Positions 35,007 to 42,738 of a DNA stretch of 64,000 nucleotides are shown here, piece by piece. The stretch spans positions 1 to 64,000 of the forward strand of contig JAFATB010000010.1 of assembly GCA_019244185.1 (NCBI GenBank). Reading direction: 5' to 3'. Origin of the DNA: Acidobacteriota bacterium (GTDB lineage: Bacteria; Acidobacteriota; Thermoanaerobaculia; Gp7-AA8). The first letter of the stretch is position 1; each line of letters opens with the position of its first letter. The translations under genes were made by a program, and so were the position numbers. Under the pieces are notes generated by a model. That model did not search any database, was not told the origin of the DNA, and saw nothing but the letters and a program-made list of their open reading frames with translations.

Positions 35007-35021
35007 ACAGGAGATTGAACA

Positions 35022-35483
35022 ATGACTTTTCTGACTCGTTCCAATCCCTTTGAGGATCTTCGCCGTGTGGAGGCTCGTCTCTTCGAACCGTTCTTCCGCT
35101 TTCCCTTCTTTGCGGAAGAGGCGCGCGGCACCGCCTGGAACCCGCCGGTCGACGTGGTCGAGGAGCAGGAGAAGCTCATCCTCAAGATGGAGATCCCGGG
35201 CATCGATGAGAAGGACCTGCGGATCACGTTCGAGGACGGCCTGCTGAGCGTCAGCGGCGAGCGGCAGTTCGAGCGGAAGGAAGACCGCAACTACCACCGC
35301 ATCGAGCGCGCGTACGGCAGCTTCACGCGTTCGTTCTCGCTCCCGCGCACCGTCGACGGCGCGCAGATCGTGGCGAACTATCGCAACGGCGTGCTCGAGA
35401 TCGAGGTGCCGAAGCGCGAAGAGGCGAAGCCGAAGCAGATCGCGATCAACGTGAACGCCGGCGGCAAGCAGATCAACGAGTAA
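35022..35483 (+). CDS. Hsp20/alpha-crystallin small heat shock protein
   Basis: PPVDV, EIPG, ERAYGSFTRSFSLP, YRNGVLEIEVPK; RBS CAGGAG. Confidence 0.95.
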   Translation: MTFLTRSNPFEDLRRVEARLFEPFFRFPFFAEEARGTAWNPPVDVVEEQEKLILKMEIPGIDEKDLRITFEDGLLSVSGERQFERKEDRNYHRIERAYGSFTRSFSLPRTVDGAQIVANYRNGVLEIEVPKREEAKPKQIAINVNAGGKQINE

Positions 35484-35511
35484 GACGTTCGCGTCGCAGA
35501 CGCGATGTTGG

Positions 35512-35543
35512 AGCGCTGCCGCGACCCGGCAGCGCTTTTTGTT
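35512..35543 (+). terminator. Intrinsic terminator after hsp20
   Basis: AGCGCTGCCG-cgacc-CGGCAGCGCT followed by TTTTGTT. Confidence 0.8.
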
Positions 35544-35567
35544 GCGCATTCGCGGCGAACACGTTCA

Positions 35568-35680
35568 GTGCAGCCGCACGTGCGGATAGGCTCGGCCCTT
35601 AGCGCAGCCGGCCGGGCCGGCCGTACGTGCGGATAGGCTTGGCCTTTAGCGCCGCCGGCCGCGCCGGCCGGCCGGGCCGG
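35568..35680. repeat. Two tandem partial copies of the dispersed palindromic element
   Basis: gtgcagccgcacgtgcggataggctcggcccttagcgcagccggcc... then acgtgcggataggcttggcctttagcgccgccggccgcgccggcc. Confidence 0.8.
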
Positions 35681-35696
35681 ATAGAATCACGCGCGC

Positions 35697-36965
35697 ATGC
35701 GACTGAATGTCACCAGTGAGATCGGCAAGCTGAAGAGCGTGCTGGTCCACCTTCCGGGGCGGGAGATCGATCAGATGATCCCGCCGATGATGGCGCAGCT
35801 CCTCTTCGACGACATCCTCTACGGACAAGTCGCGCGCGAGGAGCATCGCCGTTTCCAGCAACTGATCCGCTTCGTCGCCGACGACGTCATCGACCTGCAG
35901 GACCTGCTCGAAGAGACGCTCGACGATCCCGACGTGAAGCGGCGCATCGTGCGCGATCTCGCGAAGCGCAACGGCCTCGGGCGCAAGCTCACCGGCTCGC
36001 TCCTCGAGCTCACGCCCGCCGCGCTCGCGGAGGTGCTCATCGGCGGCATCGCGCGCGAGACCGGTAGCGGCGAGCTGCCGCAGTTCGAGCTCTTCCCGAT
36101 CCCGAACCTCTTCTTCATGCGCGACCCGCAAGTCGTCCTCGGCGACCGCGTCGTCATCTCATCGATGGCCACGCAGGCGCGCCGCCGCGAGTCGCTGCTG
36201 TCGAAGTACGTCTTCCAGTATCACCCGCGCTTCGGCACGCGCGATCCGTTCTGGGTCGACTTCATGACGTCCGAGCCCGAGCGGCCGATGCCGCGCTCCA
36301 CGCCGACGCTCGAAGGCGGCGACGTACTCGTGCCGCGGCGCGACCTCCTGCTCGTCGGCGTCACCGAGCGCACGAACCGCGCGGGCGTGATGGCGCTCAT
36401 GCGGTCGCTGAAAGAAGCGAACGCCGGCGTCGAGACCGTGATCATCGTCGACATCCCGCGGCAGCGCTCGTTCATGCATCTCGACACCATCTTCACCTTC
36501 ATCAATCGCCACGAATGCCTCATCTATCCGCCGGTGATTCTGCCGAGCGGCAGCCAGGCGGCGAAGGTGACGATGGTCGACCTCACGAAGAAGCGCACGC
36601 TCGCGTACTCGGAGCAGAAGTCGCTCCTCGGCGCGCTGAAGAAAAAAGGCTTCGATCTCGAGCCGGTGTATTGCGGCGGCAAGCGCGCTGTCGATCAGCA
36701 GCGCGAGCAGTGGACGGATGGCGCGAATGCGTTCGCGCTCGCGCCGGGGATCATCCTCCTCTACGAGCGCAACGTGCGCACGGCCGAGGAGCTGGCGACG
36801 CATGGATATCACATCATCTACGAGGACGATCTGCTCCTCGGGCGCACGGAGCTCGAGACGTGGACGGACAAGAAATACGCGCTGCAGATCGCGGGGAACG
36901 AGCTCTCGCGGGCGCGCGGCGGTCCGCGCTGCATGACCATGCCGCTCGAGCGCGAGGAGCTTTGA
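35697..36965 (+). CDS. arcA: Arginine deiminase
   Basis: VTSEIGKLKSVLVHLPG, LLFDDI, PNLFFMRDP, LEGGD, MHLDT, GGPRCMTMPL. Confidence 0.93.
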   Translation: MRLNVTSEIGKLKSVLVHLPGREIDQMIPPMMAQLLFDDILYGQVAREEHRRFQQLIRFVADDVIDLQDLLEETLDDPDVKRRIVRDLAKRNGLGRKLTGSLLELTPAALAEVLIGGIARETGSGELPQFELFPIPNLFFMRDPQVVLGDRVVISSMATQARRRESLLSKYVFQYHPRFGTRDPFWVDFMTSEPERPMPRSTPTLEGGDVLVPRRDLLLVGVTERTNRAGVMALMRSLKEANAGVETVIIVDIPRQRSFMHLDTIFTFINRHECLIYPPVILPSGSQAAKVTMVDLTKKRTLAYSEQKSLLGALKKKGFDLEPVYCGGKRAVDQQREQWTDGANAFALAPGIILLYERNVRTAEELATHGYHIIYEDDLLLGRTELETWTDKKYALQIAGNELSRARGGPRCMTMPLEREEL

Positions 36966-37919
36966 TTGGGCAAACGTGAGCAACCGCTGGCCGTCGTCGC
37001 ATTCGGCGGCAACGCGCTGCTGCGCCCCGAGGATCGCGGCACGCAGGAAGAACAGATCGCGCGCGCGAAGCAGGCCGCGCGCTGGCTCGCGGAGATCGTG
37101 CGCCATCACTACAAACTGATCGTCGTGCACGGCAACGGGCCGCAGGTCGGCAACATCCTCGTGCAGGCGGAAGAAGCGTCGACCAAGATCCCGCCGCAGA
37201 CGCTCGACGTCTGCGTCGCGCAGACCGAAGGCTCGATCGGTTTCATGCTGCAGCAGGCCATCCGCAATCGCCTCGAGGCGATCGGCGAGCGCGGCGAAGT
37301 GGCGACGATCCTCACCGAAGTCGAAGTCGATCCGAACGACATCGCGTTCAAGCGTCCGACGAAACCGATCGGACCGTTCTTCACGCGCTATCGCGCCGAA
37401 GCGCTCGAGCGCGACCTCGGCTGGACGATGCGCGAAGACTCAGGGCGCGGCTGGCGTCACGTCGTGCCGTCGCCAAGGCCGCTGCACATCCTCAACATCA
37501 AAACGGTGGATCGGATGCTCGACACCGCGTCGGTCGTGATCGCGGCGGGCGGTGGCGGCGTGCCGGTGGTGAAGGGCCGCGACGGCCAATGGCGCGGCAT
37601 CGAGGCGGTGATCGACAAAGACTTCGCGTCGGCGCTGCTCGCGTCGGAGCTCGAGGCGGACCTCTTCATCATCCTCACCGGCGTGCCGAAAGTGGCGATC
37701 GACTTCGGCAAACCGACGCAGCGTTTTCTCGAGCGGATGACGGTCGCGGAAGTCGAGCAGCATCTCGCCGACGGCCAGTTTCCGCCGGGGTCGATGGGCC
37801 CGAAGGTGCAGTCCGCGATTCAGTTCGTACGCGCGACCGGCAAAGAAGTGCTGATCACGGACGTCGAGGTGTTGCGCGAAGCGCTCGATGGCCGCGACGG
37901 GACGGTCATTGCTCCCTAA
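36966..37919 (+). CDS. arcC: Carbamate kinase
   Basis: AFGGNAL, HGNGPQVG, PTKPIG, EAVIDKD, GSMGPKV; TTG start. Confidence 0.94.
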   Translation: MGKREQPLAVVAFGGNALLRPEDRGTQEEQIARAKQAARWLAEIVRHHYKLIVVHGNGPQVGNILVQAEEASTKIPPQTLDVCVAQTEGSIGFMLQQAIRNRLEAIGERGEVATILTEVEVDPNDIAFKRPTKPIGPFFTRYRAEALERDLGWTMREDSGRGWRHVVPSPRPLHILNIKTVDRMLDTASVVIAAGGGGVPVVKGRDGQWRGIEAVIDKDFASALLASELEADLFIILTGVPKVAIDFGKPTQRFLERMTVAEVEQHLADGQFPPGSMGPKVQSAIQFVRATGKEVLITDVEVLREALDGRDGTVIAP

Positions 37920-37934
37920 CGTGGGGCCGGGCGT

Positions 37935-38447
37935 TTACCGCCAGTCGTGTGGCAGCTCGCGTTTGTCGCGACTCCATTTTCCCGCGCGCCCTTCGCAGAT
38001 GAGCATGCGCAGCGCGTCGTTGACGGCGGCTTCGTCGCGATAGAACTCCGCGATCACCGGCTCGATCGTGACCGTGATCGGCCCGCGCGCCTCGAATAGC
38101 GCGCCGCGGCGGGCTTTGCTCCAGTCGAGATGCGCGGTGGGATCCTCTTCCAGCGGTGCGTCGTGAATGCGATCTCCTTTCATGTATCGTCTCCTTTCTC
38201 GCGCGGCCGGAATGCGCGCGCTGATGATCCACGCGTTGCCGTCGCGGACGGTGTAGATGACGGCGACGAGGCGGCGTCGCACGGACTCGCCCATCGCGAA
38301 GTAGCGGTCTTCATCGTTCGAATGCTCGCCGTCGTCGACGTGCACGAGCAGCGGGTCGAGGAAGATCGTCTGCGCCTCGTCGAACGTGACGTAGTGCTTC
38401 CGCTCGTTTTCCTGGGCTTTGTCGACGTCCCAGCTGACGCTCTTCAC
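37935..38447 (-). CDS. BrnT toxin fused in frame to a BrnA-like antitoxin
   Basis: WD..K...N..KH.VTFDEA..IF.DP, E.R...G, WIISAR, RERRRY, then without a stop DWSKARRG, VTIEP..AEFY, AVNDALR. Confidence 0.8.
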   Translation of the reverse strand: MKSVSWDVDKAQENERKHYVTFDEAQTIFLDPLLVHVDDGEHSNDEDRYFAMGESVRRRLVAVIYTVRDGNAWIISARIPAARERRRYMKGDRIHDAPLEEDPTAHLDWSKARRGALFEARGPITVTIEPVIAEFYRDEAAVNDALRMLICEGRAGKWSRDKRELPHDWR

Positions 38448-38470
38448 GCACCGAGGCTACCTCGGTGTTT

Positions 38471-38779
38471 CTAAGGCGCGCAATCGGGACAGAGGGCGCG
38501 GAGGCGTTCGAACGTCCAGATCCCATAGGAATGACCGTCCGCCCAGTTGAGCTGGAGGGCGTAATTGCCCACCGGTTCCACCGACTGTAGAGAGAACGAG
38601 TCGGTCGTATAAACCTGCGGGAGGCGTCCGGAGACGCGGCCGAAGAAATCGGACTCGCCGGAGCAGACCGCGCACGGGCACGCGCGGCGGAGCTCGTCGA
38701 GCGGGTAGTATGATTCGTGCCCGTCGTCCCAGACGACGACGAAGAGATTTCCGAGCACCTGATACGAACGTGGGCGCAT
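38471..38779 (-). CDS. DUF971 (gamma-butyrobetaine hydroxylase N-terminal-like) protein
   Basis: WDDGHES, LRRACPCAVC, VGNYAL..W.DGH..GIW. Confidence 0.85.
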   Translation of the reverse strand: MRPRSYQVLGNLFVVVWDDGHESYYPLDELRRACPCAVCSGESDFFGRVSGRLPQVYTTDSFSLQSVEPVGNYALQLNWADGHSYGIWTFERLRALCPDCAP

Positions 38780-39569
38780 GCCGACTTACAGACTGACCAT
38801 CGAGTACGAAGGCACTCGCTACTCCGGTTGGCAGGCGCAGGGTAACACGCAGAAAACCGTTCAGGGCCATCTGCTGCGCGCCGCCCACGACATCCTCGGC
38901 GAGGTCGACCTCGGCGGCGCGGGACGCACGGACGCGGGCGTGCACGCGGTGGCGCAGGTCGCGCATCTCCGCACGCACAAGTCGGTCGAGCCGCTGCAGC
39001 TGATGCGCAAGCTCAACGACCTTCTGCCGCACGACATCAACGTGCTCGAGCTCTCGCGCACGCGCGACAACTTTCATGCGCGCCACGACGCCACCTCGCG
39101 CGTCTATCTATATCAGATCGCCACGCGCCGCACGGCGTTCGCGAAATCGTTCGTCTGGTGGATCAAGGACCGGCTCGACGTCGAAGCGATGGCGCGCGCG
39201 GCCGGCGCGGTCGCGGGACGCCACGACTTCAGCGCGTTCACCGACAAGCGCCTGAAGGAAGAAGACTCGCGCATCGTCGTCGTCGAGCGTTGCGAGCTCG
39301 CGCGCGACGGTGAGCTGATTCTCTTCCGCATCGCCGCGTCGCATTTCCTCTGGAAGATGGTGCGCAAGCTCGTGTCGATCCTCGTCGAGATCGGACGCGG
39401 CAACGAGACCGACATCGCGTCGCGGCTGCACGCGCGCGCCGAGCCGTACGCGCCGACCGCGCCGCCGTCGGGACTGTTTCTCGAAGCGATCGTGTACGAA
39501 GGCGAGACGTTCGAGCGGCCGCTCGCGCCGCTCATTCCGGTCGAGCGCTTCGTGAGGCCGCGGCGATGA
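38778..39569 (+). CDS. truA: tRNA pseudouridine(38-40) synthase
   Basis: YEGTRYSGWQ, GRTDAGVHA, FHAR, FLWKMVR, APPSGLFL. Confidence 0.92.
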   Translation: MPTYRLTIEYEGTRYSGWQAQGNTQKTVQGHLLRAAHDILGEVDLGGAGRTDAGVHAVAQVAHLRTHKSVEPLQLMRKLNDLLPHDINVLELSRTRDNFHARHDATSRVYLYQIATRRTAFAKSFVWWIKDRLDVEAMARAAGAVAGRHDFSAFTDKRLKEEDSRIVVVERCELARDGELILFRIAASHFLWKMVRKLVSILVEIGRGNETDIASRLHARAEPYAPTAPPSGLFLEAIVYEGETFERPLAPLIPVERFVRPRR

Positions 39570-40498
39570 ACGAGGCGCAACTCGTCGCGCGCGTGCGCGA
39601 GCTCTTCTCGCCGCGCATCGGCGACGACGCGGCGGTCGTGGATGATCAGGTCTTCACGACCGACATGCTCGTCGAGGACGTCGACTTCACGCGCGCGATT
39701 CCGCTCGCGACGATCGCGCGCAAGAGCCTGGCGGTGAACCTCTCCGATCTCGCGGCGATGGGCGCGGCGCCCGCGTACGCGCTGGTCGCGCTGGCGCTGC
39801 CGGAGTGGGCGCGGGAGCGCGCGGACGAGCTGCTCGTGTCGCTTGCAAACGCGGCGAAGGAACACGGCATCGAGATCATCGGCGGCGATCTCTCGCGTGG
39901 CGAGAAGCTCACCATCGCGATCACCGCGGTCGGCCGCATCGTCACGCGACCGCTCCTGCGCAGCGGCGCGAAGCCGGGAGACCGGCTGTACGTTTCGCGC
40001 CCGCTCGGCGCGTCCGCGGCGGGGCTCTCGCTGCTTTCGAAGAACGACGCGCTCAGTTATGCCGAGCGCGAGTTCGCGGAGTCGTGCATCCGCCGCCATC
40101 TCGATCCAGAGCCGGAGCTCGCGTTGGGACTCGCGCTCGCGAAGATCCCGCAGGTCACCGCGTGCATCGATGTCTCCGACGGCCTCTCGACCGACGTGCA
40201 TCATCTCTGCGAGGCCTCGCAGTGCGGCGCGGAGATCGAGCGCGAGCGCATCCCGGTCTTTCCCGATCTCGCCGCGTACGGACCGAAGCTCGGCATCGCG
40301 GTGCGCGAGGCGGTGCTCGACGGCGGCGAGGAGTACGCGCTGCTGTTCACGTCCTCGCTGCGCGAGTCGGAGCTGTCGCGACTGACGGGACGTCCGGTGT
40401 ATCGCATCGGACGCATGACGCGCGAGCGCGGCGTGGTGCTCGTCGACGGCGGTGCCGCGCGGCCGCTAGAGCCGCGCGGGTTCGATCACTTCGCGTGA
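39566..40498 (+). CDS. thiL: Thiamine-monophosphate kinase
   Basis: IGDDAA, TDMLVE..DF, NLSDLAAMG, GGD, IDVSDGL, GGEEYALLFT. Confidence 0.93.
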   Translation: MNEAQLVARVRELFSPRIGDDAAVVDDQVFTTDMLVEDVDFTRAIPLATIARKSLAVNLSDLAAMGAAPAYALVALALPEWARERADELLVSLANAAKEHGIEIIGGDLSRGEKLTIAITAVGRIVTRPLLRSGAKPGDRLYVSRPLGASAAGLSLLSKNDALSYAEREFAESCIRRHLDPEPELALGLALAKIPQVTACIDVSDGLSTDVHHLCEASQCGAEIERERIPVFPDLAAYGPKLGIAVREAVLDGGEEYALLFTSSLRESELSRLTGRPVYRIGRMTRERGVVLVDGGAARPLEPRGFDHFA

Positions 40499-40965
40499 CG
40501 GTGGAGGTTCGACGCGGCGACGGCGCAGACGAAGGCGCCGATGCCGAGAGTCGTGCGGACGGCGTGGGCGCGGCTCCAGTTCTTGACGAGCGTCGTGCGT
40601 TCGGACGGATAGTCGGCGGCCGGCTGTTCGTCGAGCTGCTTGTTGATCGGCACGGTGACCATCACCGTCGCGGCGAGCACGCCGGCGAGGCCGAGGGCGG
40701 AGGCGGAATCGAGCACGCGGCGCGAGGCGGGCACGCCGACGCCACGCGGCGCGGCGACGGCCAGCGTGATCGCGGTGCCGAGCGCCACCGGTCCGATGGC
40801 GTTGAAGTAGCCGGCGATCGTCGGATTCATCCGGCTGTCGACGCGCGGCAGCTCTTCTTTCCAGCCGGGGACGAGCGCGGCTTCGCCGAAACCGAGCGAG
40901 CCTGCGAGCAGGCCCGCGGTAGTGAGGTTCACGAAGCGCAGGAGCGATTCGATCGTCCGGTTCAA
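40486..40965 (-). CDS. DUF1772/anthrone oxygenase-like membrane protein
   Basis: GLLAG, VPINKQL, W.RAHAVRT; TTG start behind AGGAGG. Confidence 0.7.
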   Translation of the reverse strand: MNRTIESLLRFVNLTTAGLLAGSLGFGEAALVPGWKEELPRVDSRMNPTIAGYFNAIGPVALGTAITLAVAAPRGVGVPASRRVLDSASALGLAGVLAATVMVTVPINKQLDEQPAADYPSERTTLVKNWSRAHAVRTTLGIGAFVCAVAASNLHRHAK

Positions 40966-41096
40966 ACAGTCCCCTCCTGACTATGCAAAGGTGAGGCGCG
41001 AACGCCAGGAGGAAGAGTACACCGAAGGAAACTGCGGCAAAAGAGCGGCGCGCGCGGAAACGCGGGATCGCGCGTGGCGATCCCGCGTGCATCGCG

Positions 41097-41717
41097 TCAG
41101 CGCTGCAGTTTCTTCTCGAGCTCTTTCATGCGCGACTCGAGCTCGCGGAGGCGGTCCTGCAGCTCGCTGCAGTTCGGCAGCGAGTCGATGCGCGCCTTCC
41201 ATTCGGGAGAGTTGAACGTCTCGCCGACTTCGCGCGACAGATCGGCGAAGTGGCCGAGGAGCATGCGCGGCGCCTCGCGCTCGACGAGTGTGGCCACGGC
41301 GGTCTGCCGCGCGCGTCCGCGAATGAACTCGATGCGCACGGTGTCGCCGTCCTTCTTGTCCTTGATCGCGCGGCGCAGGGCGCCGCTCCACGCGATGTTG
41401 TTGCCGTCGACGCTGACGATCACGTCGCCGGGACGGAGGCCTGCTTTGTCGGCGGGGCTGCCGTCTTCGACGGAGTCGACGAGCGCGCCGCTCTCCTTCG
41501 TCGAGCCGAAGTGCTCGCGCAGGTCGCCGGAGATGTCGATGAGGCTGACGCCGAGGAATGCGCGCTTGCCGGGAGCGACGAGATCGACGGAGGCGTCGCC
41601 GGTGTCGGAGATCACTTTGCCGTCGCGCACGACGACGGTGCGCGTGTGCTGTTCCGCGAAGAGCGCGGATGCGGCGAAGAGGAGAAGAGCGAGGATGAGG
41701 ATTCGTTTCATGGTCAT
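41097..41717 (-). CDS. Exported PDZ-domain protein with C-terminal coiled coil
   Basis: Signal peptide; AFLGVSL, GSPADKAGLRPGDVIVSVDG. Confidence 0.85.
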   Translation of the reverse strand: MTMKRILILALLLFAASALFAEQHTRTVVVRDGKVISDTGDASVDLVAPGKRAFLGVSLIDISGDLREHFGSTKESGALVDSVEDGSPADKAGLRPGDVIVSVDGNNIAWSGALRRAIKDKKDGDTVRIEFIRGRARQTAVATLVEREAPRMLLGHFADLSREVGETFNSPEWKARIDSLPNCSELQDRLRELESRMKELEKKLQR

Positions 41718-41726
41718 GGCTGATCC

Positions 41727-42140
41727 TTAGTCAAAGGTGCGGTAGGCGACGGGTTGGATGTCCGGATTGTTCGGGAGCGTGCGCGCGGCGGAGTCGGCGT
41801 CGACGATGACGCGCGAGCCGCCGTCGTTTTCGAAGACGACCACCGGCTCGGGCGCGTTGGCGTCCTGCTTCACCGACTCGAGCTCGGCGCGCAGTTTCTG
41901 TTGTTCGGCGCGCAACGCGGCCACGCGCTGCTGACGGGCGCGCTGCGCGATGCCGGCGTTGACGGCGACGAGCAGGACGAGCGCCATCGCGCAGGCCGCG
42001 AGCGTGCGCCACGTGAACCGCGGTTGCCCCTGCGGTTCACGCGACGCGCGCAGCTTGCGCCGCAGCTCAGAGTCGAACGCCGGCGACGCGTTCGTGCGCG
42101 GAAGGCCCCGCAGCAAATCGCCGAGTTGAGTGTCGTTCAT
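41727..42140 (-). CDS. Putative anti-sigma factor (single TM)
   Basis: LRGLPR..ASPAF N-terminus, one TM segment, directly downstream of an ECF sigma. Confidence 0.6.
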   Translation of the reverse strand: MNDTQLGDLLRGLPRTNASPAFDSELRRKLRASREPQGQPRFTWRTLAACAMALVLLVAVNAGIAQRARQQRVAALRAEQQKLRAELESVKQDANAPEPVVVFENDGGSRVIVDADSAARTLPNNPDIQPVAYRTFD

Positions 42141-42705
42141 TGGAAAGTTCTCCGATCCACCAGGGTGCGAGATGCCGCCGGAGCAGCTCTCTCGCGCGTG
42201 AGATGCGCGACTTCACGGTGCCGATGCGCAGGTCGAGCGCGCGCGCGATCGCCTCGTACGACCATTCCTCGATCTCGAACAGCACGAGCGGCGCACGGTA
42301 CTTGAGCGGAAGCTGCTCGAGCGCCGCGGTCACCTGCCGCTGGATCTCGGACGTGACGAGCGAAGCGTCGGGCGCGGGACTCTGTTGCGCCGTGCTCGCG
42401 TGCAGCCGCGGCAGGAGCAGGCTCCACCGCCGCTCGCGCCGCACCTCGGTGACGACGAGGTTCGTGGCGATGCGGAAGAGGTACGGCCCGAGCCGTTCCT
42501 GCTCGCGATAGTTGGCCGCGTTCCGATACAGCCGCACGAACGCGTCCTGCGCGATCTCCTCGGCGCGCTCCCGGGAGCGGACGAGGTGCGTCAGGTAGTT
42601 GACGAGCGAATGTTTGTAACGGGCGACGATCTCCGTGAAGGCGTCGTCGTCACCTTCCCGGACCCGCTGCATCAAGGCGTCGTCAGTCGCGGCGTGCATT
42701 CGCAT
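42067..42705 (-). CDS. ECF RNA polymerase sigma factor
   Basis: AEEIAQDAF, YLFRIATN, SYEAIA..L...GTVKSRISRAR. Confidence 0.92.
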   Translation of the reverse strand: MRMHAATDDALMQRVREGDDDAFTEIVARYKHSLVNYLTHLVRSRERAEEIAQDAFVRLYRNAANYREQERLGPYLFRIATNLVVTEVRRERRWSLLLPRLHASTAQQSPAPDASLVTSEIQRQVTAALEQLPLKYRAPLVLFEIEEWSYEAIARALDLRIGTVKSRISRARELLRRHLAPWWIGELSNERHSTRRFAAGPSAHERVAGVRL

Positions 42706-42738
42706 AGAGGAACGCGCGGACGCCGAAAAGGTTCCGGG

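Noticed and set aside
35568-35680. CRISPR array
   Set aside because: Only two degenerate adjacent units, no spacers, no cas genes
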